This document shows positions 35,967 to 50,695 of a stretch of DNA of 64,000 nucleotides, piece after piece. The stretch is from Tubiluchus corallicola. Taxonomy: Eukaryota > Animalia > Priapulida. Location: assembly GCA_030141605.1 (NCBI GenBank), contig JAQGDQ010000187.1, positions 62,001 through 126,000 of the forward strand. Reading direction: 5' to 3'. The notes under the pieces were generated by a model. It saw nothing but the letters and a program-made list of their open reading frames with translations. It ran no database searches and was not told the DNA's origin. Within the stretch, counting starts at the first letter, position 1. Each line of letters opens with the position of its first letter. The position numbers and the translations under genes are program-made.

Positions 35967-38900
35967 TCAAACTGCTTTTGGTGAAACCCACTTTAGTGCT
36001 GCTTTGTCGGCAATGTTAGGATGAGTGTAAATGCAGTCAGGCCGTGTACATTTGCTTCCATAACGGCATGGCTATAAGAAGAAAATGAAGAAAAAATTAA
36101 ACGTGTACAGTAATCTTTATATGGTGACAGGCGCTTGGGCATGGGAAAGTTGGCCGTGACTGTTTGGGAGCCAAACACTTGGTTGCTGGCTAACTTGAGC
36201 TCAAGACATTTGGACACCAGCACCGATCCACACTGCCAACTGCGCTGTTAGGTGTATCGTGACTCACTCATGCAAGTATAAGTTATATAATACTCTGCTG
36301 CACTATAAATTATGCTGTCTAGGAAATGATGGGAATCTTTGTCCCATAATTGCCAGAATTATTTATGTGAGTATCGTGTAATTAACATCAAGCAGTATGT
36401 CATGCTTGCTCAAGCTCTGCTGACTGCCCAATCAGTACGAGTGATTTTCTACACACTTCCGGAGGGCACGCATTCGATTTTTTCGGGACATCAGCTGCAG
36501 CTGTGTATTGCGGGCATGTTATACTGTCATGATTAGGGGTTGAGTGAGCACACTCATATAAATTCCATTTTCTTCTGCTAAGTAATCGTCAGTTAAAGAT
36601 TGAAATTTTACTAGGTTTGGCGCAGCAATTATCATGGTAGGCAAATTATTCTATTCATTCACTACTATCACAATAAATGAATATTTACGAATGTTGAGAT
36701 AAACATAAACTTCAATTAGATCTAATGCAGTGTCTTCTCAATTCAAGTGTGGCTAAAATTTATATTACATATCAGAGTAATATTAGTATCCTGGTTATTT
36801 TATTTGTGGCCATAATAATGGTTAAAAGAAATCAGTGGGGCTTATGTAACTCAGGCAGTCAAAAAAAGGATCATCTAGAGAATGGAATATTCAAGTTTAT
36901 TCCATTCCCGTGGCATAACAAACAGTTGGAAAGATGCAAAAATGTATAAAAGCATGAGAATCACATGATCAGCTAAATGTGGGAAAAATATTAGTAAGAT
37001 GTGTTTGTTTGCTCAAAGGTAAGAGATTTTAGTAAATATTTGTGTTTCCCAATTCTCTGGAACCTAGGCTTACTGGCTTAATTTTTTTACAATAATGACC
37101 CTATTTGGCAATTATGTCTATACATTTTATATGTCTTTGAAACTTTGTCACTAGATTCAGCCTATATTATGAAGCTGTTTTTTTTTGGTTATGTCACAAT
37201 GGAAGTGAAGCGATAGACCAATATGCTTGGTGCCATTTTAAAGCTGGAAACAACTATAACTAATCTAGCACGTATAAAAAAACTGCTGTTGAACATCATG
37301 TCTTTAGAAAGAGATGTATAAAAAAAGTTAACAGTAACTGATATTGATAATCATACTGATATTAAGAGCAATTAGTAATTAGCTGACCTGGACGTTTTAG
37401 AGTTGGTATCTAGTATATCCAAATAACACAATTTACAATATAATGAGTCATTAAAAATAAACGAGTCTCATGACAAGTGTCCCCTTGCCCTCTGTCTCAA
37501 TTGTTCCCGTGCCCTATTCATATTTCTGTTCAACAAATGTATTTTGGATTCTCTTGTAAAAGACGAAAATTGAACACAATAAAGCCTGTACCTGAAATAA
37601 AACTGTACAAAAGATTAAGTGGCCTTCGTCGAACATTTTACTAACATACCACGCAGAATTTTTAATAATATGCATTTTTCCTATACAGCAATTACAAAAG
37701 CAGTAATTATGTATCTCCTAGACAGCATAATTTATAGCACAGCACAGAAATGTAAGGTATACTTGTATGAGTGAGTCATGGTATACCTAACAGTGCTTTT
37801 GACAGTGTGGATCGGTGCTGGTGTCCATATGTCTACCACTCAAGTGTCTAGCTTTCAAAATTTATGTCATTTTTCATATCATTTTATGTGTATTAGCAAG
37901 ACATGAAATCAGCAAAAACTAACTTCTGTTTTTTCTTATTTTGCTTAATGCAAAATCACTAGCATTTGCCAGTACAGCTTGTTAATGTTATCTTATATTT
38001 TTTTAGGGCTGTTATTACTTTATGAAAAGTTATTAGTTTTGTTAATGCTCTTACTGTCTCGAAAATTATTTGGCAATCATACAGCAACAGCAGAACTAAA
38101 CTTACACGCAGAATCTGTCCAGTGTGTGTTGTCATTTGAAAGAAAATATTTACATCTATTTACACTTCGCTCATGTTTGACAGTTGCTTATGTAAATGCC
38201 AAATTATACATTCATGTAGTTCAAATATTGTTTACACTTAAGGATATTTTAGCATTTTATGTTTTTAAAATGTATCTAGAAAAATTATTTTGCATTTTGT
38301 GTTGAGTAACTTTACAAGCGATTTTGATGAAAATGCAAAGATAAGATTGTACAAATAACTTGTACATAGCACTACATCGAGTTGTATAACTTGTAAGACA
38401 TGGTACTTACACCAGGATGAAGAAATTTGCAATCCAAATTTGAGCACTTGGGGTGAAACTTGCATATAGTTTCCCTTGGATTTTTTGATGGCATAATCTT
38501 AGTAGGTGGCGCATAAACAACCGCTGACTTTGCTAAAATAGAGTAAACAAAATACTACGATAAATAAAACAGCAGCAGAAGAATAGACTGCCATTGTGTA
38601 TAGTAAATCATCACTTGATAACAGTAATGTGCTCCAAGAAAATGTAATGTTCACTAAAACAGATGTCAAATAAAACCATACTCGGTATTTCCCATCAGAA
38701 ATATTGTAATTTCTAGGTTTTGATAAGGTTTCACTGCTTACATTCTTATACATTATTATTTAAATGCACTTTAACAGCTATTTATTAGAATGATCACGTA
38801 GTTACTACATAAACTGTACAAAATTAGATATAGATAATTATCAGCCTGGTCTTCAGCAGTCTTGCTCAGCAGTTGATCTATTGCTGCAAAATTGTCACGA

Positions 38901-41900
38901 AAAAGATTGATGGACATAAATAATGTTGTACTAACTAGTATTTTTATCACAATTTAATGTTAGTTATCGCCATTCATTTAATGATAATTGTGATAATGAT
39001 ATTATGCTATAAGTATAGTTTACAGTGTAGATAATATATAAAATTTTCTTCAATATTTAGTAACTATATCACAAGAAAAACATGACCGGCAATTTTATAA
39101 ATCAGGTTGATAGCACAATTCCAGTTTTTAAATTTCATTTAAATGAATTCTGCCTTATAAGAATTGACATGTAAGAATCTTGAACTCACCTCTGCTCTTC
39201 TGAGTAGATAAGTTTCGTTTACTAGCGTGTGTGTAAGGGCAATTTAGTTTAGTACAAGACGCATCAAACTTGCAGTTTGGGTGTATGTACAGGCACTTGT
39301 CACCATACAAACAGTTAGGAAAAGCTCTAAAAATAAAAAAAATGTTAGAGGGCTTAGTTTCCATATAATGTACTGTTTCAGTAAATGACGTACAAAGGTT
39401 TGCTTCGTTCAACTAACAGTTTCAAAAAGTAAGTACTCTGCTGATTGACATATAACTGGATTGCATATAGTAAAGCGGGGTAATATGGGCATAATAGATC
39501 AGAATCCAGTTTTTGCTTCAGGGGTCCATATCGTACCACACAGTCAAGTAATAAATAAAGTATGATGTTAAGTGTTGATTACTGGCTTGTAGTGTGCCAG
39601 ACTGTAAAAAAATATCTTGCTGACACTGTCTACTAAAAACACTTGGCAGGTAATAGCTCCAGGACTTTTTATGCTAGTGGCATTTTTTCAGGCAACATAT
39701 TTGCCAGTGTTGGCATGTTTTATCAATTGGGAACATTTACTATAATTTATCACTTAGAAATCATTAATATTAATTTAATTTATTTCAAGTGATATGATGT
39801 TTATCAAAAATTAGTTCAATTAATTATTTTCGCCATTTATAAACTTACATACATTGATGTAAACTACTGTACAATCAATTTCACAAATTTTGCATTAGTA
39901 GCTTCTATTTTATTCGGTGTAGAAAATTTGGAAAAACAGATTAATATATTCCTGTGGCTCATAATGTCTACATTATGAAACATTATATATTACATGTTAT
40001 ATTATATTACATTATATAAAACATTATATATTTTAAAGTGGCTTTTATTTTATTCATTGTAGAAAATTTGGAAAATAGATTAATATATTTCTGTGGCTCA
40101 CAAATGTATACATTAATCCATTTTTTCAAATTTTCTACACTGAAGAAAATAAAAGCTACTAATGCAAAATTTGTGAAATTATATTCATGGCTGCCGCGTA
40201 ATCAGTGATGATATTCAGCCAGAACATACTGGAACTCCATTATCACACTCTTTTGGGTTCCGGTATTTCTGCAGACGTTCCTGGAAGTCTAGGCCAGTGT
40301 TATAATATGTGCATGATAGCCAACCGATCATGAATGGCTACATTGAAGATGTACAAAAAAACATCATAATGAAGAGGACTTGTCTAATAGTTAATTTATT
40401 TTCGACATTTTTACTTGATAAAAAGGTCTCTAGAAATCCTTAAAATGCATTGGTTTGGACCTTTGTGAGGCACTGATTATAGGGTTATAGCAGATCCCTG
40501 ATGTGTGTTTAGAGAGTTCAACATCTTTTTAAAGGATAACAGCAAGAATTTTCATAGCCTGTCCTATTTTGAAGAAAGGTAGAAAGTATACATTTTAATA
40601 GCTACAATAATGCCAAAATGCTTCTCATAATTTAATAATAGCTTAAAAACTTAATGGCCAGCAAGCGCAGAAACAGACGAACATTCTACGAGCATGTTGC
40701 ACGTATTTGTGAAAGCAGAAATTGAAATACAATGCAGCTGTAGAACACTGACTGTAATACACAAAAACTTTATTTTATGGTTCAAAATTTAAATTTCAAG
40801 CTTATCATAGCACTAAAGCAGGAAATCTCGAATGCATGCACTACATCGCGACTGCTCTGTGTTTTTATGATACTGCTCTGTGTTTTTATGATCAAGTGCA
40901 GCGCCTATTTTATGTGCAATGTGCCTCTGAGATGCAGGTGCTATTGTACATCTAACTGGCATACAGAACACGTGCCATAGTGAAAAATCAACTCAGTATC
41001 AAAATCGCGTAAGCTGCTCTTAAAAAATATCAAGTAATTTAAATGTTAAACTTTCTATAGTTTAAAATTGGATCTTCTGCCCCTTTAAAGAAAATATCAT
41101 CACAGCTGTGAGTGGTAAACATAGAAAATTTAATAGGTTTACCTGCACGTTACTGTAGGATGGTGGAATTCGCATTGATCTCCTTGTTTACAAGCCGGCC
41201 AAAACCGACACCTTTCTACTGCACGTTTAGATCTACTGCCCTTTGGTGCATCATCTTCATCATCTATTACAACAAAAAATAACCAATAAACAGAAACTTC
41301 AAAAATGGTTGAAAAAGCGCTAATTTACACGTGATAAGCGAGAGTTAGATTATTTCTAGTGAACAGCTGGTACTGTTGGCAAGCAGGTAAGTGTTATGCA
41401 AATTAGTTGCCTGGTGAGTAAGTTAACATACTGAATTTACATAATTAAGGCATGAAAACAGCACCAATAAGCACAGATAGCGACAATAACATATCTAATT
41501 AGACAAAGACCAATATCATCTATATTTATGTAGGTGGGTTGTAGATTTACAATTAGCTGAAAAAACACTTTCGTTCAAAGCTGCTAATATACTATCTATC
41601 ATAGTTACTTCACTTTGTTATAAATCACTGTTTTGATCATTTAATGAAAAGACATTTTTATATGTTATATGTACTATCCATTCTGCACCTGAATCATTAA
41701 TGTTGAAACTGATTTCTTCATGAGGTGGTGCACACACACTTGGTGAAGGTTGTTGTGGTTGATCATCTGGTTGCACTGGTTGTTGGTCAGGTGGTGCTAT
41801 GCTTGGTTGAGCAGGGTACTGTTGCATTTCTGGTTCCAGCCTATAGTACTGAGATGTACCTGCTTTGAAGACATTATGGTTGCGAATATTAAATTATAAA

Positions 41901-44900
41901 ACACTCTTGATTAATTAAAAAGCAAGTGCGACATGAAGTACAGTAGGGGCAGGGCTGTTTTATGTAAAATGTTAATAAAATAACATCCGAAACACTGCTA
42001 TAATATGTTATTACAGAAAAAATGGAAGTCTTGATTTTCAATTAACCTTTTCTACAACTGGTACATTCAAGATTTCTCTTAAACTACAGTCTACTTTATA
42101 CAAAAAAGCAAATCTATTTATCTCTATTTTGTTATGATAAATAGGGTAAAGTAACAGCTGCTTACGTGTTGGTGCTGGAGTTAACAATGGCGGAGGAGGA
42201 TATGGTGAGTAAATTGGTATTTGTGGCACTGCCTGGGGAATCTGTGACACCTGTGGTTGATACATCACATTAGGAGGAGCCCGTAGAAGCATGGGCGTGT
42301 ATTCCTGCGGATAATAATGAGAACTTGGGCTGTAATTCGGTGTGCTCTGTGGTTCAGACAATTGTTGTTGTTTCACCTGAAACAATAGAGGACAGTTGCT
42401 GTATTAAGCTGTTCATGCTTTCAAGTAAGTAAGTAACTAAAGGTGTTTACTAAAAGTTACAATTCTCCATAACTACTTTACGATAGTATATATTGGAGCA
42501 ATATTTAAAACAAGCTGATTTACAATATTTCTAGTTTACACGCATCTATGTATAAATTTACAATACTTCAATAAGAACTTTAATATAGACAAATCTTTAG
42601 GTACTTAAGTAAAAAAGAGAGAAAAATTTTTGTACTAAATAAATTTGAAGTGGCAACAAGACCAATAGAGAATGCAAAGATAAAAATATTAATGACAAGC
42701 TTCATTTAAAATAGGTATTTTTATAAAAGCACTAGCTGTTCTTTTTTGTTTTCACTTTAGGTGTAGCACTCATGCATTTCCAGTATTTCAGGTGCTCTGT
42801 TTTCCTTTTTTGGAGGCAGGAGATTGTGCAGTGGATGAGTCGGCTACTTTTCTCTTTCAAAATATTTCGTGATCATTAACAACTGCAATATTTCACTACC
42901 CAAAGACCCTCGTGATAAAAAGTCCTGGATGATATGCAAAAACATGACGTGCAGCCACGACAGGAGCACCCTACCTCAAAGCTAACAGAAGCAATACCAG
43001 TGTGGCTAAGTAAGGGGTTTTCTTTTGCTTTTTATACCCAGCTACTACAGAGTGTTAAGATGAGAACGAATATACGAACAACTTAAATTATTTAATTAAC
43101 GTACATGAAGAATTCTTACTTGAAATGTGGTGTTAACTGTGGGTTTCACTATTGCTGCCAGAGCCTTCGGTTTTCGCAATGCTTTTTTCACAAAGTTGTC
43201 GTCTACTCCTTCCAGTGTAACAATGAATTTGGGGCTATCTGCTCTCTGACCCTGAGTTGCACTTTAAGTGAAATTTAAAAATTTATTACACTTGAGCAAA
43301 ATAAACTCACAGACATGATATATATAACCTGTAAATAATTATTGTCACTAATGAAGCACTAATGGCAATGTTTGTTTGTAACAGAAAACTATAATACGGA
43401 AACTATTTTTGTCACTTACTGAATGCTGACAATTATAGATGTGGTATTGTTATATCTCAGTTTTGAATAACATGTAATTAGTTAAAAATATAACTAAAAA
43501 GAATACTGTATTATACTTTTTGCTTTTTTTGTTGCCGAGGACGAATAAAATTTTGCGAAAAAACTACTTTCACGGAACATATTATAGGGCATATTTAAAA
43601 TTTTATCTGTTAAAATTTGTGTACCTGATGTAATTAACATTTCAATTTATTTTAATAAAAATCATCAAAGTCTAAATAATTAAATTTGTTCACCTTGCGT
43701 CTTCTACCAGTCTTTCTGGAACATTTTCATCAAACTGATCATCTTGATTCATCTTTTTTTTGTCATCATTTTCGTCCTCTTCTTCTTGTTCCTCACTGAC
43801 ACGAATCAATCTCTGGTCAGCATCATCAAAGTCTGCAGACAATTCTAAGACATCTAAAAAGTAACGTGAAACATTCACTACCCGTGTTAAAATACTAGAT
43901 GTAGCAGGAAAATCTAACTAACTAGGATATAAATGCTATTATTGCATTGAACATTGAACAAAATTTAATAGTGTAGAATTCTGAACTCTTGGAAGCTCAT
44001 TAAACTGCACTAGTGAAATATGTTAAGTTAAACATTACAATCTAAAGAAATTTACCTTAGAATTTTTTAATGTGCTCAGCTGATTTCTTATACTCATATG
44101 GCACATATTCATGGCTAAATATTAAGAATGTTAGTAACTGCCACTTTTCAGAACATTATTTGTGTTATTCCTACCTTCATCAGTTTTCATTTCACTGTCA
44201 CTCTCTTCTGTACTTTTTTCACTTTCTTTGGAATATTGTTTTTCTATGGCTTCATCTTTTAATTTTGTTTCTGCATCTGATTCACTTCTTACATCAGCTT
44301 TTCCAGCAGCTTTTTCTTTGCATTTGCCAGGTATGTTATCTTCTTCGGCCATATCAGCCTCATTAGCAGGTTTTCTGTCTTCCTTAGTCACATCAATTAC
44401 CTCCTGTTTTACTTTCACAGCATCATCAGAATCAGTGCTTAAACAGATGACATCATCGTCACTAGAATAGTTAACTTTAGATTGCTGACGATTCTCAGAC
44501 ATTTTTCTTATCCCACCGGAATGTCCTTTGTCTCCATGATCCTGTCTGTCTACTTTCTGTCCAAGTCGCTGCAACACTGGCAGTGATCTTGATTCATCAG
44601 AACCTTCACTGCGTCTTTTGCTGGTGCTAAATTCACCTCTTCTTAGTTCTTTTCTGACTGGAGAGTGAGAAGGTAGACGTCGTGCATCTCTTATTGGTCT
44701 ATTTCCTAAACGAGATTTGATACTTTGCCGGTGTGAAGAGTCTGGTTTTCTAACTTCCCGGTCATGTCTTCTCTGTTTGGATCGGGCTAGACAAACCAAG
44801 AAAATGTTTTTTGATGGTGCTATTAATTAATTTCTGTAGGAATGTTAGGTCATTATGGACAGAATTTATTGCTGAAAGCTAAAATAGCTAAAATGTATTA

Positions 44901-47900
44901 TAGAGCCTATTAATTCATTTAAAATTCAGTAGAAAAAACAAAATCAAAATGTAGCTCAACAGTATTGTTTATATTTCTTGTGAGTTTGGGTACAGTGCAG
45001 ATACCTGCTAATCTAGCTACAGAAGCTACAGATGATTCAGCATCCGTCATGGCACGTAAAAGAAGTGATTTATTCGCTTGAAGTGTTTTTGGAAGAAACC
45101 TGAAAACAGAAATAACTACAGCCTCTTACAGAGAAACTTTTGTTTGTCCGTCAGTTACTGAGATTTACTGACAAGTTTTAACTTCACAAAGCTTACGAAA
45201 AAGGAAAAAGTGCATAACATAACTGTAACAATAGCAGGTTTTCAATTAACTTAAAAAGCACACATTATTAATTGATTTATTTTAATTTACCTTCTGGGTG
45301 TTATGTGTATAGCACTAGCAACTGATCCTACAGAGGGATAACGAGGATCATAACCTTCTTCAACATCATCATCTTCCATTTGTCTATTTATTATTCCTCC
45401 AATTACTGACTTTTGTTTGCTCTAGATACGACAACAAATGACTTCAAAAAATCAAGTTAGAATACGTTATCATAATATTCCAGTCAAGAACATCATCTGC
45501 AGTATAATATCACAGATAATTACAGCTTCATGTATGGAGTGACAGGTAATTTCAGTTTCAAGTACCAGCAAACATTTTAGCAAGCAAATACACATCTTTG
45601 GAACTAAGTGCTTGACAACAACATATTTATTTTATTAAAAAAGTCAATGCTGCAAAAACACAATTTTGCAATATTTAGAGAAAAATCAGACTTAGAGAAT
45701 GATGTAATGGTAAAACATGCAAACTAAACCTGCTAGTAAAATTTTGTTAAAAATGTACCTTAATTTCAGATTTCCGTCTAGACAAATCAGAAATCGAACT
45801 GGCTTTGACTGCATCTGGATTATATTTTTGTACCCCAGGCGCCCACACAGGTAAAGCAGATGGTTTTGGTTTTTTTGATGAAGTTTGTCTGATGTTGGGT
45901 GGGATGACCTCTTCTGGTTCTGAATCAATTTTTTCATCTAAAAAAACATCCTATCTATTATTACTATTCTATTATTGCATTACTTTTTTTTTACTATTTC
46001 TTCTAAGGTATGCTATATGAATCTGTGTTGTAGTTTTCACAAACAGGTATATGAAGTACAAATTTTACTTTGTGAAAACTTTAAAATTAGCATACAAAAA
46101 ACTGACAATTGGCTATTGAAGCTAATAGGAACATGCACAATATCAGGAAAAAATGGAATGATAACAAATTAACTAGTAATTGCGAAATGGAGAATAGTAT
46201 TTGACCAAGAAACAAACAACGTTGTGTGACGTATTTCAGGTTTAATGCACAAGAACTGATAAAATTACTTATTCCTCCACAGTGGCAAACAGCAAAAGCG
46301 CACTGCTTATCACATGATCACATGCATATCGTTTGGTCACTTTAGAAACAAAGTGGTAGGGCGTTTTAAACTTAACACTGAAACTAAATGCCCTCGTTTC
46401 TTGTTTTTTCAAATACAATCAGCTAAATATATATGGGGGTCCCTTCCTCTCAATTAGCCCATTTTAACAAGAGTTTACTATATACCAGATCACTAAAAAA
46501 TTAATTTTGACAACAAGTCTTTAAAAATGTCAAATACCTTCTCCCAGTTTTACTGCTAATTCAGGCTCTTCTCCTTCTTGCTCTTGTTCTGGATACATGT
46601 TTTCATCCTTGTCTCTCTCTACTATGATGTTTATTGCTTGTTTTTGCTTAGTGGATGACACATTCTGATTTTCACCGTCGTCATCTTTTTGGCCACTATC
46701 CTTATCTTTTTCTTTTTCTTTTACTTCTTTTTCATCTTTTGTTTCATCACTGGCTCTTTTATTACTAGTAGAAGATTCACCAATTGGTTTTCTATCCTTT
46801 TCGTGTAATGTGCTTCCTGAAGGTTTCCGAATTTTCGAGTGCCGATCGCCAATTTCATCATCATGCCTTTTCCTTTTTTCAGCTGAATGTGAAAGCTTAG
46901 ACTGGGATGAGGATTTTGACTCTTCAGTGGTTCTCTCATTTTTGGAAGCTGCTTTATGGCTGTCACTAGAATCAGATGATTTTTGCATGACCTTCTCTGA
47001 GTGTTGATCTTCTTTAAGATTATCTGAAAAAAATTCAAAATTTCTGGTTGCACAATATTATCTAGATAATGTAATTAGAATCTGGGCAAAAGATGGAAAA
47101 ATGCATGTTAATAGATTAATTAAGAAAAATATAGTATACAACAAAAATTTTATATAACAGAATCATACCAACAGTAACGGACTGCAGTTTATGTAAAACT
47201 TCATGAAGCCAACTGCAGAACTTTCTTGAATGGCTCCCGAGGAATAGTGACAGATCTTCTGTCATTTGCTGTTGAGTTTTTTTGTTTGCCACCATGACCA
47301 TGATGTAATCTGGCAACTCATCATCTGCAAAGTGAGATAGACTAGTACACAAATAACTAAATTCTAAAAATATTGAACCAAGAAAGAGCACAATATAACA
47401 ATACATGCAAATGTGAATATCAGAAAACATATTTTACTTCCTGCCAACCAAAAGAAAAAAATGATACAATGAAAATTGAAAATAAAATAGAGTAATTTGT
47501 GTTTTTGCAACACAAAAGTAACACACCTGTCGTATTAAAACAGTAAATTCATGCAAAAAATACCTTACAGTACGTACACCACTCACTTAAAGAAACATCT
47601 GCTATGTGAAAATGTTGTAAATAAAGTAACTAAGTAGCTGAAATCATTTAACATTCTAAACAGGATAATGCATGTCAAATGGCCATGGCCACAGTTTTCA
47701 CCCCTTTGGACACTGTAGCCATGCCACACAACACAATTTGTTATTAGATAATTGTGGTTAGGCCGTGTGAGGATTGGCTACAAAATTCTTTACAGCCAAT
47801 TTCTGTATGTTGTTCACGTTCACACTTTTGTTCACTCAGCATTTTTGTAAGCTGTCATAATTCGACCGGACAACAAATATTCTATGTAGCTAGCTTAGTA

Positions 47901-50323
47901 CATTAACCTTATTACACTAATAGCGTCACGTAGCCTAGCAATTCTCCTTGTTACTGCTTTAAAGTTTTCTAACAAAAAAAACTAGCGATCTAAATGGGCC
48001 ACAAATGTTACTATAAAGGTCTGTATTACTTACACAAGTAAACTATGAAGTAATCAGTCTCTTCAAAATTGCAATACAAGTTGTGTTTTTTACAGTTCGA
48101 GCAAAAATAATAAGAAATGAGTATGATAGCACTTGATTATTATACTATTAAGCATAAAAAATATTTACTTTTAATACATATAAGCTTACCAACATATGCT
48201 TTTAATTCCACCAATTTTGCCTTTATTGCTGCCTAAAAACATCAAAAATAATTACAGCTAAATATATAGATATTAAAATAGATCAGTCATAATCACTAAG
48301 AAGTGATTTATTTTACTTCGATAATAAATAGGGGCAGATACACATCATTCACATGTTATAATCTTACATTTCAAGCACTTTGCAACCTTGGCATATGAAA
48401 AAGCATAAAATCACTAATCACAACAGCTAGCATGCAGTATGGCTACCATAGATAACAGGTTAAATTTTATATGAAAATATTAAAGTTCTTTGAAAACTAT
48501 TACAGTTTAAGACAAAAGAATTTTCAGTGTATTACTTATTTTTTATATTAGTAAAATAATTTAATTTAGTGACCATAAGTATGGGAACCTTGCAATTTGA
48601 AAGTCGACAAGCAATACAACTCACACTTTTGCTCCACAAACCAAATTTTTCAGTGAGATAAATCAATGTGTGCAAAAGAAAACATTAGCACACTTGTATT
48701 TAAGCAGTTCTAAGCCACTTCAAGCTCTAAACCACATCTATAAAATAGAACAGGTGTAACGAAGAGCTACCAGATTTACAATGGGAGACAATGGGCAAAA
48801 GAGCAAGCAAAAATCTTAATGCTTCTCAGGACCATCAGTAATCGTGCATATATACCTGAACTACTAGGGATGCTTCACCAATTAATTGCCTTAATACTCA
48901 TGCACAAGATATATTTATTTCACACTTATATATTGAAAAAGGGAATAAGTGTGAGGGCAGTACATGACTTAAAAGCCCTAAAAATACTGCCCTATGTCAT
49001 GCAGGTCAGAGATTCATTCAAACACATTTCACAGTTGCTGTCTATAGCTAGTTCATCTTTCCTGCCATCTGCCATCATACTTTTGAACTCTTTACCTGCA
49101 AACATCTATATATTCTGTCACCTATTAATGTCAAGCAAATTGTCAATCATTCTCAATCAAGCTCGGCTGACTGCCCAATCATGATTTTTCACATGCCTGC
49201 AATACCTACTCGTTGCCGTTCTTTCAGGATAATCGAGGACATAAATTGAAAATTTTGTGTTGCTGATATACGTTATACTGTTATGAAAAATGCTCATATT
49301 TTCGTTAGTTTAAGAGAGAGAAACCGGCCTAGTTTTAGATTTTTTTACAGATAGTCGATTGTCTGTATTGTCGACTGAAATTGCAAGTGTATATAATCTA
49401 ATTTAATTTTTTATAGGAAGAAATGCATAAGGCCTTACGTTATGATTTTGTTATTAATAAAATATGTAGTTTAGTTTAGTTTAGTTAAATTATGACTTTG
49501 CAAATTAGATAAAGACAACTATATGATTAACTTTAAACAGGGACAAATTAACCTAACAAGCTTAGGCTAATCATATGACGCTACTTTAAGGATAGCAAAC
49601 GTCAAATGGCCTATACCGGAACAGAGATGAAATTCATAACTTCAAACTGAAGCCCGAGTTAGCAGATATAAATGATGAACAAGATTAACAAGCATGTAAA
49701 AATTACAGCCTGAGCATCTCTAAGTAGGTTTGCGTAAGTTGTAGGAACTGGAATAAACTAGTCAGTAATACAGACTCACGGTTAATAGACTCAGTCCCTT
49801 AATTGACTCAAAAACGCCTGGAACGGGCCGCTTCTATTCAAATATACATAAAAACTCTCGGTGTTGTCTCCGATTCCCGTCACCATGCTTACGTCACAAC
49901 GGAGGCACAGCAACAGACCAATATGCTTGACGTCAAAGACCAGTTGGCTGAAGTCACTTCTGCTTATTACCTGGCAACTCCTTTTAGCCTGCACCAGTAT
50001 AGCACATGCTTTTATTTGGAAATCGCACACAACATATGCGCAGTTATGGTACGATAATACTCTGCCTGTACCCAATTGAAAAAACAAAAATCTGGGTCAA
50101 AATGACCATCGAGCGGTGCCTAATTTAAGGAAAATTTCAGAGACTCTTCTTCGTGAAGTGATAACTTCACCAAACTGAATACTAATTAATTTTGCGAGAA
50201 CCGTCTAAGTAGTTAATTTCCAAATACCTAAAAGCACACAGACTGATATTTGAGTATATTTAACTTTTTTTTCTAAATTATACATACCCTAATTTTTTGG
50301 CTTATTTCTGCCCCAACTTCCAT
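35967..50323 (-). CDS. ZC3H14: Zinc finger CCCH domain-containing protein 14 (Nab2-type polyadenosine RNA-binding protein)
   Basis: Exons (high to low): 50323-50288, 48232-48190, 47324-47169, 47023-46538, 45937-45759, 45421-45291, 45099-45005, 44786-44175, 43853-43694, 43261-43120, 42376-42166, 41859(or 41862)-41689, 41263-41143, 39326-39190, 38532-38411, 36071-35967. N-terminus MEVGAEISQKIRAAIKAKL..YVDDELPDYIMVMVANKK (PWI-like), QANKSLLLRAM, SPKFIVTLEGV, five CCCH fingers, ALKW tail; AATAAA about 22 nt after the stop. Confidence 0.93.
36211..36238. repeat. Short dispersed repeat, inverted partner of 37799-37828
   Basis: tggacaccagcaccgatccacactgccaa versus ttgacagtgtggatcggtgctggtgtcca. Confidence 0.7.
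39877..40180. mobile_element. Foldback/MITE-like element with about 60-bp inverted repeats and an internal direct duplication
   Basis: aatttcacaaattttgcattagtagc...gtagaaaatttggaaaaa is mirrored at 40120-40180; tagaaaatttggaaaa...gtggctca occurs twice internally. Confidence 0.75.
48690..49200 (+). mobile_element. Very degraded LINE (CR1/L2-like) 3' fragment in the first ZC3H14 intron
   Basis: KIEQV*RRATRF and SSFLPSAIILLNSLP remnants; the end motif caagctc..ctgactgcccaatca recurs at about 36410-36433 and, inverted, at about 53149-53163. Confidence 0.6.
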
Positions 50324-50584
50324 TTTTCGCGTTTTGCCAATTAGCACGAAATTGTTATGAAAGACTACAAAAACACTTAATGATAAGGCTAAAAATTTTA
50401 TAAGGTTAAGAATTACGAAAACGCGCGCGCAGACATCTTCAGTTTCTTGTGAAATAATACTATGTAAGTGCACCGCATTTGTTCCTGCAATTTGTGTTAT
50501 TGCTTACGACTAGCTTTCATAATTTGACTTACAGGATTATTTATGGGGTGAGCCCCGAGCAGAGACTTCGAAAAAGATAATGGG

Positions 50585-50695
50585 GCTGAGCATCTTCTAC
50601 CAGAAAGACAATTCGATTTGATTCGAATTTGTGACTTTTGAACTCGAATCAAACTGAATTTCGAGATATCGGACTCGAAACTAATTCGAATTCAG
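50585..50695. repeat. TTCGA-rich dispersed repeat, copy 2
   Basis: Homologous (inverted) to 22870-22985. Confidence 0.7.

Noticed and set aside
44131-44174. Read-through of the ZC3H14 exon to an early stop (NNVLKSGSY*)
   Set aside because: A phase-compatible donor g|gtagga at 44175/44174 joins the next exon in frame, so the extension is intronic.
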